From contig CAVSFN010000003.1 in the NCBI GenBank assembly GCA_963727225.1, positions 15,676 to 79,675 on the forward strand: 64,000 nucleotides of DNA. The letters run 5' to 3'. Below are positions 1 through 10,233 of this stretch, piece by piece; position 1 is the stretch's first letter; the number at the start of each line of letters is the position of its first letter. The notes under the pieces were generated by a model. That model made no database searches. It saw only the letters and a program-made list of their open reading frames with translations, and had not been told where the DNA came from. Both the position numbers and the translations under genes were made by a program. The stretch is from an uncultured Pseudomonadota bacterium. Its GTDB lineage: Bacteria; Pseudomonadota; Alphaproteobacteria; Rhizobiales; Xanthobacteraceae.

Positions 1-1707
<1,707 letters not shown>

Positions 1708-1966
1708 TCAGGCGCTGATTGGTCTATTTGTGCCATGAAAGGGGCAAGCCGCCTAGCGCAAAGTCTGTATCTGCAAGTTGTTGAATAAATAAGATTTTTT
1801 GAGGGTTTTTCAAGCCGTCCGGAGGCTGATTCGGAGCCTTCGCGAAAGCCCAATTCGCGGAGCGTTTTTCGGCCCGCAAGTCGGCTTTTCAACCAAGCTT
1901 GCGGGCGACGTCGACCGAAAATGACAGGCCGCTGGAGGCATAAGCCAAGAGCGGCAGCGCTTTGCC

Positions 1967-4132
1967 TCAATACACCTGTAGCGGCATCACGTCTCCGCCC
2001 GGGGCAACCATCAGACCCCAGGTGTCGTCCGCCGCTATCTCGATCTCGCTGTTGCCGGCCGGCCGACCCGCGACCTTCACCGAATATTGGTATTTGCCCG
2101 GCGGCAAATCGAGCGTCGGGCCTTTGGCATGCGGTCCGCCTGCGCCAGCCGCGATCTTGATCGTCTGCTTGTTGATCGTCAGGGCCGCTTCGCTGTCGCC
2201 GATATTGACGAACATCAGCCGGGCCTGACCGGGCTTGGGCATGACGTCGCCCTTGGCGGCGGCGGCCGGAATCTTCTGCGCGAGATTGACGGATGTCTCG
2301 TCATTGCTGCGGCCGAGTTTCAGCGTGGCCGGCCCGTCGGGAGAAACGAATGCAAGTTGGGCCTGATCGGACTTCACGACGGCGCGCTCCGCGGCTTCCT
2401 TCCACCCGCGTTTGCCGAGTTCGGCGCGATAGAAGGCGAGCACGGAGTTGAGGTCGGCGGGAATGCTGGCATTGAGTTCCCGGCGTATCGCGGTTTCGGT
2501 GCCCGGCAGTTTGCCGACCCCGATGGAACTCATGCTGTGTTGCTTCGGCACCGGCAACGCGGAGTCCGGCTCGGCTTCAAGATCTTGCGGTGCCGCTTTG
2601 GTCGCTGGGGTGGCGGCCTGTTTGCTGGCCGCATCAAGCTTGGCGTTCGCCATCACAAGCCCGGAACCATCGGCGGTCACGCTCACTTTGGGTCCCATCT
2701 GCATCGCCGTGAACGACAGCTTTTTCCCGCCCTTGGAGAATTCCATCACCACCATGTTGGATTTGTCGATCACCGAAGGCTGTTGCTTCCAGCCCAGCGC
2801 CTTCATGGATTCGCGGTAGAACGTCGCCAGCGCCTTCACGCTTGAGGCGGAGTTGAATTCCAGTTTGCCCTTCTCGCCATTGAATTCGACCTTCTCGGCG
2901 CCTTCCGGCAGAGGCACCGGGGTTTTGCTATCTGCGACCGCGTGCAGCGGCGCATCCGACAGGTTCGCGGCCTGTGCAGCTCTCCTCACCTCGTCCGCTG
3001 CCATCATCTGCTTCGCAGTGGCCATGGCATCTCCAAGGAACTTGTCGTCGGCTTCCTTCTTCGCCTTCGCCCGCGCCGCCAGGGCGCTTTCCTTCACCTG
3101 CGCAACGAGACTGACGGTAGTCAGGTCGTATTTGTGGCTGAGCCGGAGCGTGGCGGTCTGTTCCGGGGAGGAAAAATTAAGCGTGGCTTCACTGTCGGTG
3201 ACAACCGCGCCGCTGGCCTCTTCCTTCCAGGACCTCGCCGCGAGTTCGCGGCGGTAGAAAGCGAGCACCACGGGGATTTCAGCAACCGTGACGCCTTCGA
3301 TCTTGCGGTGGACCGAGTCCCGGCTACCGGTACTTCCAAAGCTTGGGGTGTGATTTGGTTCAGGCAGGTCGACCGTCTCCCTGATGACCTCGAGATTCTG
3401 CGGCAACGCGAACGGCGCAACCTTGATTTCGACGGCGGTATTGCCGTCGCCGCGGCGTTGCAGCGACAGCATGATCGGCGGCTGCGGAGCGCCGCCATCG
3501 TGAGTGGTTTGGCTGTAATAGGCGCGTACGCCGTTCTCGATTTTCTCGCCGATCTTGGCGTTCGGCCAATGTGCGGCGATGTCGGCATCGGATAGTGGCG
3601 ACCAGCCCGATGCGGCGAGTTCCTTGCGATAGAAATCGAGGCTCGCGCCGACCGTCGCGGCGCTGATGCAGCCGAGATAGGGTCGCCGGTCGTCGAACAT
3701 CAGGTTTGTCGCATCAGCCGGAAACGGCACGTTGGCGTTGATGCGGTTCGCGTCATAGGACACCGCGGATTGGTCGGGATGGCGGAGACCTTGCGTAAAG
3801 GCGACAAACAGACCCTGCCGCCCCTTCTTGAACAATAGCGAGGTGCCGGATGTCTCCAGCGGCCGCGAATATTGCATCCAACCGTCGGCGGCCAGCAATT
3901 TCTCGATCGCCGGTGTCGCGACCGTGGACGGGGTTGGCACGCCATAGCTCAAATGGTGAGGCTCGGTGCGGGCGGTGTTTTCGACTGCGCCTTCCAGGCG
4001 CGGCAGCGTGCGGACATCGACCAGCCCGTCATCGGCCCTGGCGGCGATCGGTGCGGCCGCGATTGCCGCGAAGACGAAGGCCAAAAGCCGCTTCCTTGCC
4101 GGGACCAGCGTCCCGGGCATCATTCCAAACAT
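1967..4132 (-). CDS. Secreted repeat-containing protein of unknown function (721 aa)
   Basis: Long ORF with a Sec-type signal peptide (MFGMMPGTLVPARKRLLAFVFAAIAAAPIAARA/DD). It has four to five internal repeats marked by LDFYRKELAASGW, LAFYRRELAARSW, ATFYRESMKALGW and LAFYRAELGKRGW. The C-terminal region looks beta-rich. I recognise no catalytic motif. Confidence 0.8.
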   Translation of the reverse strand: MFGMMPGTLVPARKRLLAFVFAAIAAAPIAARADDGLVDVRTLPRLEGAVENTARTEPHHLSYGVPTPSTVATPAIEKLLAADGWMQYSRPLETSGTSLLFKKGRQGLFVAFTQGLRHPDQSAVSYDANRINANVPFPADATNLMFDDRRPYLGCISAATVGASLDFYRKELAASGWSPLSDADIAAHWPNAKIGEKIENGVRAYYSQTTHDGGAPQPPIMLSLQRRGDGNTAVEIKVAPFALPQNLEVIRETVDLPEPNHTPSFGSTGSRDSVHRKIEGVTVAEIPVVLAFYRRELAARSWKEEASGAVVTDSEATLNFSSPEQTATLRLSHKYDLTTVSLVAQVKESALAARAKAKKEADDKFLGDAMATAKQMMAADEVRRAAQAANLSDAPLHAVADSKTPVPLPEGAEKVEFNGEKGKLEFNSASSVKALATFYRESMKALGWKQQPSVIDKSNMVVMEFSKGGKKLSFTAMQMGPKVSVTADGSGLVMANAKLDAASKQAATPATKAAPQDLEAEPDSALPVPKQHSMSSIGVGKLPGTETAIRRELNASIPADLNSVLAFYRAELGKRGWKEAAERAVVKSDQAQLAFVSPDGPATLKLGRSNDETSVNLAQKIPAAAAKGDVMPKPGQARLMFVNIGDSEAALTINKQTIKIAAGAGGPHAKGPTLDLPPGKYQYSVKVAGRPAGNSEIEIAADDTWGLMVAPGGDVMPLQVY

Positions 4133-4228
4133 CGATCTCTCCGGTATTTTGCCGACGCCCGAGAGGGATCGGGCAACGACGACGGCGGCGCAGCTCTGGA
4201 ATTTAGTCGTGCGGGCGGGGACTATGGT

Positions 4229-5401
4229 TCAACCGGATGGCGCTGCGCCCAAATTGCCCCGCGCGATCTGGCCGGAATCGACGTTGAAAACTTCCCCCGC
4301 CGCGCCGACGTCGGTAAATGCCGCGGGGTCAGCGCCGGTCATCCAGACCTGGGCGCCGAGTTTGGCCAGTTCATCGAACAACGCCTTGCGCCTCCCGGGG
4401 TCGAGATGCGCAACCACCTCGTCGAGCAGCAACAGCGGCGTGATACCGGTCATTTCGGCCACCAGACTGGCGTGCGCCAGCACCAGCCCGATCAGAAGCG
4501 CCTTCTGCTCGCCGGTGGAGGCATCGCGGGCCGGCATGCCTTTCGGCGCGTAGATCACCGCCAGGTCGGTGAGATGCGGACCGTCGAGCGTTCGGCCTGC
4601 CGCGGCGTCGCGCGCGCGGCTGCCGCGCAGGATCTCGCGGTAACGATCCTCCACCGCGGTCGCCGGCTCCTTCATTAGGGCATTTTCCATCCAGCCATCG
4701 AGCATGATCTGCGCGGACGGAAACGCCGAAGCTTCGCCGCGGGCGCGCAGCATCGCCGCGAGCCGGGTTACGGTCTGGCCGCGGGTTGCAGCCACCGCGA
4801 CGGCGAGTTCGGCGGTTTCGCGTTCGATGGCGTCGCACCAATGGTCGTCGAAATTGCGCACCTCGAGCAGGCGGTTGCGCGACCGCAGGCTGCGGTCGAG
4901 CGCCGACACCCGCGCCGAATGCTCGCTGTCGATTGCCAGCACCAGCCGATCGAAGAATCGCCGCCGTTCCGAGGCCGCACCCAGAAACAGCCCGTCCATC
5001 GAAGGCGTCAGCCAGACCATGCGCAGATGATCGCCGAACGCCGCGGCTGACGTCACCGGCTCGCGGTCGATCCGGCAGCGCCGGCTGGAAGTGGCTGCCT
5101 CAACGCCGGGCGCATCGATCCCGGTGCCGAGCGTCGCGAGACCGAGCGCGCCCTCGACCTCGGCGGACACCGCCCATGAGCCGTCGCCTTGATTATCCGC
5201 GACATCGTCCAGGGTGGCACGGCGCAAGCCGCGTCCGGGCGACAGAAACGAGATCGCCTCGATGCAATTGGTCTTGCCGGCGCCGTTCGGGCCGACCAGC
5301 ACGACCACGTCACCGCGCGTCTGCAGGCTCGCCGCGCGATAATTGCGGAAATGCGTGAGGGTAAGACGTTGAATCCGGGAGGCGGTCATACTATTCGTCA
5401 C
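4229..5401 (-). CDS. recF: DNA replication and repair protein RecF
   Basis: LTLTHFRNYRAASL followed by the Walker A motif VLVGPNGAGKTNCIEAISFLSPGRGLRRA, and a C-terminal LLLDEVVAHLD (Walker B/SMC-like). It sits directly downstream of dnaN. The track start 5401 is GTG; ATG at 5389 is an alternative start. Confidence 0.9.
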   Translation of the reverse strand: MTNSMTASRIQRLTLTHFRNYRAASLQTRGDVVVLVGPNGAGKTNCIEAISFLSPGRGLRRATLDDVADNQGDGSWAVSAEVEGALGLATLGTGIDAPGVEAATSSRRCRIDREPVTSAAAFGDHLRMVWLTPSMDGLFLGAASERRRFFDRLVLAIDSEHSARVSALDRSLRSRNRLLEVRNFDDHWCDAIERETAELAVAVAATRGQTVTRLAAMLRARGEASAFPSAQIMLDGWMENALMKEPATAVEDRYREILRGSRARDAAAGRTLDGPHLTDLAVIYAPKGMPARDASTGEQKALLIGLVLAHASLVAEMTGITPLLLLDEVVAHLDPGRRKALFDELAKLGAQVWMTGADPAAFTDVGAAGEVFNVDSGQIARGNLGAAPSG

Positions 5402-5429
5402 TGCCGGGCTTGATGTTCAGCCCGGGGAC

Positions 5430-6548
5430 CTACACCCGCATCGGCATCAGCACATAGAGCGCGCCCTTGGAATCCCTGTCCTGCACCAGCGTCGGCGAGC
5501 CGGGATCGGCCAGTTTCAGCACCGCGACCTCGCCCTCGATTTGAGCCGCGATGTCCAGCAGATAGCGCGAATTGAATCCGATATCGAGGGCATCGGAGGC
5601 GTATTCGACCTCAAGCTCCTCGGTCGCGCTGCCGGAATCCGGGTTGGTCACCGACAGCACCAGCTTGCCGGCGGACAAGGCCAGCTTCACCGCGCGACCG
5701 CGCTCGCTCGAAATCGTCGAGACCCGGTCCACCGCGGCCTCGAAGTCCTTCTTGTCGACCACGAGTTCCTTGTCATTGTTTTGCGGGATGACGCGGCCGT
5801 AATCCGGAAAGGTACCGTCGATCAGCTTGGAGGTCAGCACCACATTGCCGATGGTGAAACGGATCTTGCCCTGCGACAGCTCTATACCGACCTCGGCCTC
5901 GTTGTCCTCGATCAATCGCTGCACCTCGCCGACGGTCTTGCGCGGCACGATCACGCCGGGCATGCCGGACGCGCCCTTCGGTAACGGCAGATCGATCTGG
6001 GCGAGGCGATGCCCGTCGGTCGCGACCGCACGCAATGTCGCAGCCTTGGCGCTGCCGGCAGAGTGCAGGTAGATGCCGTTGAGATAATAGCGGGTTTCCT
6101 CGGTTGAGATCGCAAACTGTGTGCGGTCGATCAGCCGCTTCATGTCGGCGGCGGCCAGCGTGAACGAATGCGTCATGTCGCCGGCGGCAAGATCGGGGAA
6201 ATCGTTTTCGGGCAGGGTCTGCAGCGTGAAACGCGAACGGCCGGCGCGGATCGCCAGCACCGAGCGGTCGCCGTCGCCTTCCAGCACGATCTGCGCGCCT
6301 TCAGGCAGCTTGCGCACGATGTCGTAGAACATATGCGCCGGCACCGTGGTCGAGCCGCCGGTTGCGGTTTCCGCCGCCAGCGTTTCCGTCACCTCCAGAT
6401 CAAGATCGGTCGCCTTCAGCGACAGTCGGGCATTTTCGGCACGGATCAGCACGTTGCCCAGGATCGGAATGGTGTTGCGTCGCTCCACCACGCGATGGAC
6501 GTGCCCCAGCGACTTCAGGAGTTGCGCGCGTTCGACGGTGACCTTCAT
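5430..6548 (-). CDS. dnaN: DNA polymerase III beta sliding clamp (372 aa)
   Basis: MKVTVERAQLLKSLGHVHRVVERRNTIPILGNVLI is a typical beta-clamp N-terminus, and the gene lies between dnaA and recF. I moved the start to ATG 6548. The track ORF begins 28 codons upstream (6632) with no clamp-like sequence. Confidence 0.93.
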   Translation of the reverse strand: MKVTVERAQLLKSLGHVHRVVERRNTIPILGNVLIRAENARLSLKATDLDLEVTETLAAETATGGSTTVPAHMFYDIVRKLPEGAQIVLEGDGDRSVLAIRAGRSRFTLQTLPENDFPDLAAGDMTHSFTLAAADMKRLIDRTQFAISTEETRYYLNGIYLHSAGSAKAATLRAVATDGHRLAQIDLPLPKGASGMPGVIVPRKTVGEVQRLIEDNEAEVGIELSQGKIRFTIGNVVLTSKLIDGTFPDYGRVIPQNNDKELVVDKKDFEAAVDRVSTISSERGRAVKLALSAGKLVLSVTNPDSGSATEELEVEYASDALDIGFNSRYLLDIAAQIEGEVAVLKLADPGSPTLVQDRDSKGALYVLMPMRV

Positions 6549-6739
6549 TGCATATCCGCCTGATCCGAAGATGGAAAAGCCGGGCGGCCGAAAGGCGCGC
6601 CGCGGCGTCTGGGACCCGAAAAGCCCGATCAAAGCTGGATTTGATCAAACCCTAAGGGGGGACCCCAAGGTGGCGCGGATGGCAGGCAAGCGCAAGAGAA
6701 ACGCGGGGCCGTTCCCCACGTTTTGCGCCTAAACTCGCC

Positions 6740-6883
6740 GTCGTCCCGGCGCGCGCCGGGACCCAGAACCCCTGGCGTTGATGATAGCAGAATGCATCTG
6801 CTTCATTTCTGGAGCGAGAATCCTCGCCGCCGCGATGAGCGCAAGTGCGCTCACGCTGGGGTTCCGGCGTGCGCCGGGACGAC
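6740..6883. repeat. REP/MITE-like inverted-repeat element in the dnaA-dnaN spacer
   Basis: Left arm GTCGTCCCGGCGCGCGCCGGGACCC (6740-6764). The reverse complement of the right arm (6858-6883) reads GTCGTCCCGGCGCACGCCGGAACCCC. Each arm contains its own GC-rich palindrome (CCCGGCGCGCGCCGGG). Confidence 0.55.
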
Positions 6884-6921
6884 TGGTGGAGGAGCGCTCC
6901 CTGACGACGGTGCCTGGGAGA

Positions 6922-8352
6922 TCACTCCTGCAGCTGGCGCTTCAGCGATTCGACTTCTTCGGACAGCGCGACATCCTTGGCGACCAGCGCCTCGATCTTG
7001 CGCACGGCGTGCAGGACGGTGGTGTGGTCGCGGCCCCCAAACCGTCGTCCGATTTCGGGCAGCGAGCGCAACGTCAGCGTCTTGGCCAGATACATCGCGA
7101 CCTGGCGCGGCCGGACGACGTTGGCGGTACGGCGCGACGACAACAGGTCGGAGCGGCTGACATTGTACTGCCGGGCCACCACCCGCTGGATGTCCTCGAT
7201 CTTGATGCGCTTCGGTTCCTGCGGACGGATCAGGTCGCGCACTTCGCGCTCTGCCATTTCCAGCGTCACCGGCTGGGCGTTGAGCTTGCTGTGCGCCAAG
7301 AGGCGATTGATGGCGCCTTCCAGGTCGCGGCCGTTATGGGTGATGGTTCGGGCGAGATAATCCAGCACCGGCGCCGGAACCTCGAAGCTCGCATGATGGG
7401 CGCGCGCAGCCGCGACCCGCGATTTGAGGATACCGAGCCGCAGTTCCTCGCCAAGCGAGCCCATCTCGACCACAAGACCGCCGGCGAGACGCGAGCGCAC
7501 GCGGTCGTCGAGGCTCTCAAGATCGGACGGCGGACGGTCCGCCGCGATCACCACCTGGCGCCCGGCGTCGATCAACGCGTTCAGCGTATGGCAGAACTCG
7601 GCCTGGGTCGATTTGCCCTGCAGGAACTGCAGGTCGTCGATCACAAGCACATCGATACCGCGCAACGCTTCCTTGAACGCCAGCGCGGTCTGGGTTTTGA
7701 GCGCCGCGACGAAGCCATACATGAATTTCTCGGCGGTGAGGTAGAGCACCTTGCGTTCGCTGCCGGAGTTGCCGGCCCATGTCACCGCCTGCAACAGATG
7801 GGTTTTGCCGAGGCCAACGCCGGCATGGATGTAAAGCGGATTGAACATCACGCTGTCGCCGCGCCGTCCTTCCGCGACCTGGCGCGCCGCGGCGTGGGCC
7901 AGCGTGTTGGAGCGGCCGACGACGAAACTTCCGAAGGTCAGGCGCGGATCGAGCGGCGAGCCGCCGAGTGCGTCGTGGCTGGCGGATACCGGCGCGATGG
8001 CGGTCGCGCGCAGCTCGGGCGCGGGACGGCCGTCGGATCGCTCGGCGCGGCGTTGATCGGCCGGCGCGGAAGCCTCTTTGGCCGGCGCCGCGCATCGCAT
8101 CGCCGTGCGCACGGTAAGGTCGATCCGGTGCACTTGCGGCATTTCGGCCTGCCAGCAGGTGAGAACGCGCTCGGCGTAATGCGCCTGGATCCAGCTCTTG
8201 AGAAACCGCGTCGGAACCGAAAGGTGGACGCTTTCCTGTTGGACGCTTTCCAGGTCCATACGCGCGAACCAGCTTGTATAGACGTCTTCTCCTACGCTCG
8301 AACGCAGCCGACCCTTCACGCGTGACCAGCGATCCTGTTCCATATTTGTCAT
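6922..8352 (-). CDS. dnaA: Chromosomal replication initiator protein DnaA
   Basis: AAA+ Walker [20 protein letters not shown]-terminal DnaA DNA-binding signature [48 protein letters not shown]. Conserved dnaA-dnaN-recF order. Confidence 0.95.
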   Translation of the reverse strand: MTNMEQDRWSRVKGRLRSSVGEDVYTSWFARMDLESVQQESVHLSVPTRFLKSWIQAHYAERVLTCWQAEMPQVHRIDLTVRTAMRCAAPAKEASAPADQRRAERSDGRPAPELRATAIAPVSASHDALGGSPLDPRLTFGSFVVGRSNTLAHAAARQVAEGRRGDSVMFNPLYIHAGVGLGKTHLLQAVTWAGNSGSERKVLYLTAEKFMYGFVAALKTQTALAFKEALRGIDVLVIDDLQFLQGKSTQAEFCHTLNALIDAGRQVVIAADRPPSDLESLDDRVRSRLAGGLVVEMGSLGEELRLGILKSRVAAARAHHASFEVPAPVLDYLARTITHNGRDLEGAINRLLAHSKLNAQPVTLEMAEREVRDLIRPQEPKRIKIEDIQRVVARQYNVSRSDLLSSRRTANVVRPRQVAMYLAKTLTLRSLPEIGRRFGGRDHTTVLHAVRKIEALVAKDVALSEEVESLKRQLQE

Positions 8353-9066
8353 TGTCTGACAACTCTTCTGAAGGAGTAACGTTGCCGGTGAAATTGCCGT
8401 GCGGAACTTCCGTACGGCGTGACCTCAAGCGAGGCTTCGTCTCCAGCCATAGACCAGCCGTCCGGCAAAAATGCCGTGGACGAAAAATCACAAGGGTGGC
8501 TGGAAGAGAGGCGTCCGCGAGGTCAGCGTGTACTCAGCGGCCGGTCCGGAACTCGCAACGGTGGCCGCGCACAGCTGGCATCAAAGCAGCTGGCATCGAA
8601 TATGACATCGGTTGAAAATCGAATTACCGCGATGGTTCCGTAGAACATAAAGCCTCCCCCCACTCGCCGTGATTGCCCACGGCGAGGTGTCATATCTTGA
8701 GTGTTCCAAATTCGACCGGCGACGCCCGAAACCCAATTCGTCCAGCCGTTACGCCGTTTCGCTCAGCCCGTCTGTCTTAACCTGCCCACGGCCTTCGCCT
8801 TCGGCGGTTGCCGTTGGTCCGGTGCGTATCTCTCTTGTTCGAACCGAACGGGACAAGCGTCCCGCTTGAGAAATTTCGACACAGAACCGCCGTGCCCATA
8901 TTGCTATGAGCCTCGAACCGACAATCGCTTGGAAAGCGTCGCCAACGCGCACACCGCCGCCGATTTGCACGTCCGCCCCGTTTCTTAAACCGCGCTGGTC
9001 TCAAGAGCCGTGGGCGCCGCGAACGCTCTAAGAGATACATCATGCCTTATTTCCCGCAACGAAAAT

Positions 9067-9164
9067 GATTCCGCGCGAGTGCCGGACAAATCGACTTCGC
9101 GTTCGCGAAATCAGGCAGTGGAATCTGAGCGCGGCGGCAAGGTTTTGAATCTGTGCGGAGATTC
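9067..9164. promoter_or_regulatory. Cluster of four GANTC (CcrM-type methylation) sites upstream of dnaA
   Basis: GATTC at 9067, GAATC at 9121, GAATC at 9147 and GATTC at 9160. That is four sites in 98 bp, where about one per 256 bp is expected by chance. Confidence 0.3.
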
Positions 9165-9536
9165 GAAATACCGAACCGCTGTCACAATTGCTACGATTGC
9201 CCAAAATAAATTCACAAATTGTTTACGTTCGGGTCGTGCAGGAATGAGTTTTCGAACCGCTGGTCGCCGCTATGCCGATAAGTGACTACGCAAGCGCGTT
9301 TTTTTTTGCTCGTCGAAACAGGGTAACTCTTCGGGGCTTTCGAACAGAGCGGCGCTGCCGCGATTGCAATTTCAAAAGCCTGCCGCGCGTAGCGGCGATC
9401 AATATCATCGTAGCCTCTGGTCGTCGAAGCCTCGGGTCATCGCAATCTTGGAGGCGTCGGGTACCCGACTTACTCCGAATAACACGGGATGGTGCAAGGC
9501 ATTGCCGAGGTCTGGTGGGGCGCGATGCAACAAGCA

Positions 9537-9567
9537 TCAAAAGAAAAAGCCCGGCGCAGCCGGGCTT
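9537..9567 (-). terminator. Rho-independent terminator of rpsT
   Basis: The minus strand reads AAGCCCGGC-TGC-GCCGGGCTT followed by TTTTCTTTTG, about 25 nt after the rpsT stop. Confidence 0.7.
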
Positions 9568-9592
9568 CTGACGGATATATTTCTCGGCCAGT

Positions 9593-9859
9593 CTATTTCG
9601 CTAGCTTTGCGATCTGATGCGCGAGCCGCGAGACCTTCCGGCTCGCATTGTTTTTGTGAATGATATTGCGCTGGGCTGCCTGCATCAGTTCCGGCTCGGC
9701 GCGCGCCATCGCTTTCAGCGCGGCATCGCGGTCGCCGCTCTTGATCGCCTCTTCGACGATGCGGACCGAGCCGCGCATCTGGGTGCGGCGCGACTTGTTG
9801 ATGATGGTGCGGCGGGCAATCTTGCGTGTCGCCTTCTTGGCGGAAGTCGTATTGGCCAT
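9593..9859 (-). CDS. rpsT: 30S ribosomal protein S20
   Basis: 88-aa basic protein [43 protein letters not shown]...[15 protein letters not shown], a typical S20 sequence. Confidence 0.95.
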   Translation of the reverse strand: MANTTSAKKATRKIARRTIINKSRRTQMRGSVRIVEEAIKSGDRDAALKAMARAEPELMQAAQRNIIHKNNASRKVSRLAHQIAKLAK

Positions 9860-10050
9860 GTCTCAAATATCCTTGCGGTGACCGGTCGCGGGTAATCGGG
9901 CTTCAATGCGCCGGACGTCCAACCGCGTGATCGACACTGGTGTGTTTTTCGGGTGTCCCTGAGAATGCCATTCCCGGAGCCGATAAGCTCGCATGACGGC
10001 GCCGCCCAAAGAACAGCGGCGGCAGGATTGCGCCCGCCGCCATTAGCGGT

Positions 10051-10079
10051 CTTATAGAGGGAGCGCCCTGCAGCGTCAA
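10051..10079 (-). promoter_or_regulatory. Candidate sigma70-type promoter for rpsT
   Basis: The minus strand reads TTGACG (10079-10074), a 17-nt spacer, then TATAAG (10056-10051). This implies a leader of roughly 185 nt before the rpsT ATG. Confidence 0.4.
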
Positions 10080-10103
10080 CGCCTCACCGAGGCCTTCGGA
10101 GCC

Positions 10104-10132
10104 GGTAAGCCCGATGGTAAGGCATCGGTAAG
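10104..10132. promoter_or_regulatory. Three phased GGTAAG direct repeats (possible response-regulator site)
   Basis: GGTAAG at 10104, 10116 and 10127, spaced 12 and 11 bp. They lie in the divergent region between rpsT and the 10234 membrane-protein gene. Confidence 0.25.
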
Positions 10133-10233
10133 GTGCTGATGAGGTTGAATTTCCCGGCCCGCTTCGCTAATGGCTGACGGCGCTCCGCAGGCGGACGGCT
10201 ACAAGACAGATGTTACAGATATCAAGGTGACGC

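Noticed and set aside
6778-8325. 515-aa + strand ORF overlapping dnaA, and the 324-aa minus-strand ORF 7517..8491 in another frame
   Set aside because: Both overlap the well-supported dnaA frame. They are Arg/Ala/Gly-rich with no recognisable domains, and are frame shadows.
8835-9345. TTCGAACC-like strings that resemble tRNA T-arm sequences
   Set aside because: No flanking acceptor stem, D-arm or anticodon arm can be drawn around any of them. They are treated as a repeated short motif instead.
8353-9592. Possibility that this spacer is the chromosomal origin (oriC) because it adjoins dnaA
   Set aside because: By eye I found no cluster of DnaA boxes; the best matches are 5-6/9. There is no extended AT-rich unwinding element, only a ~45-bp patch. 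In characterised alphaproteobacteria the origin is near hemE. A proper matrix scan and a GC-skew plot are needed to be certain.
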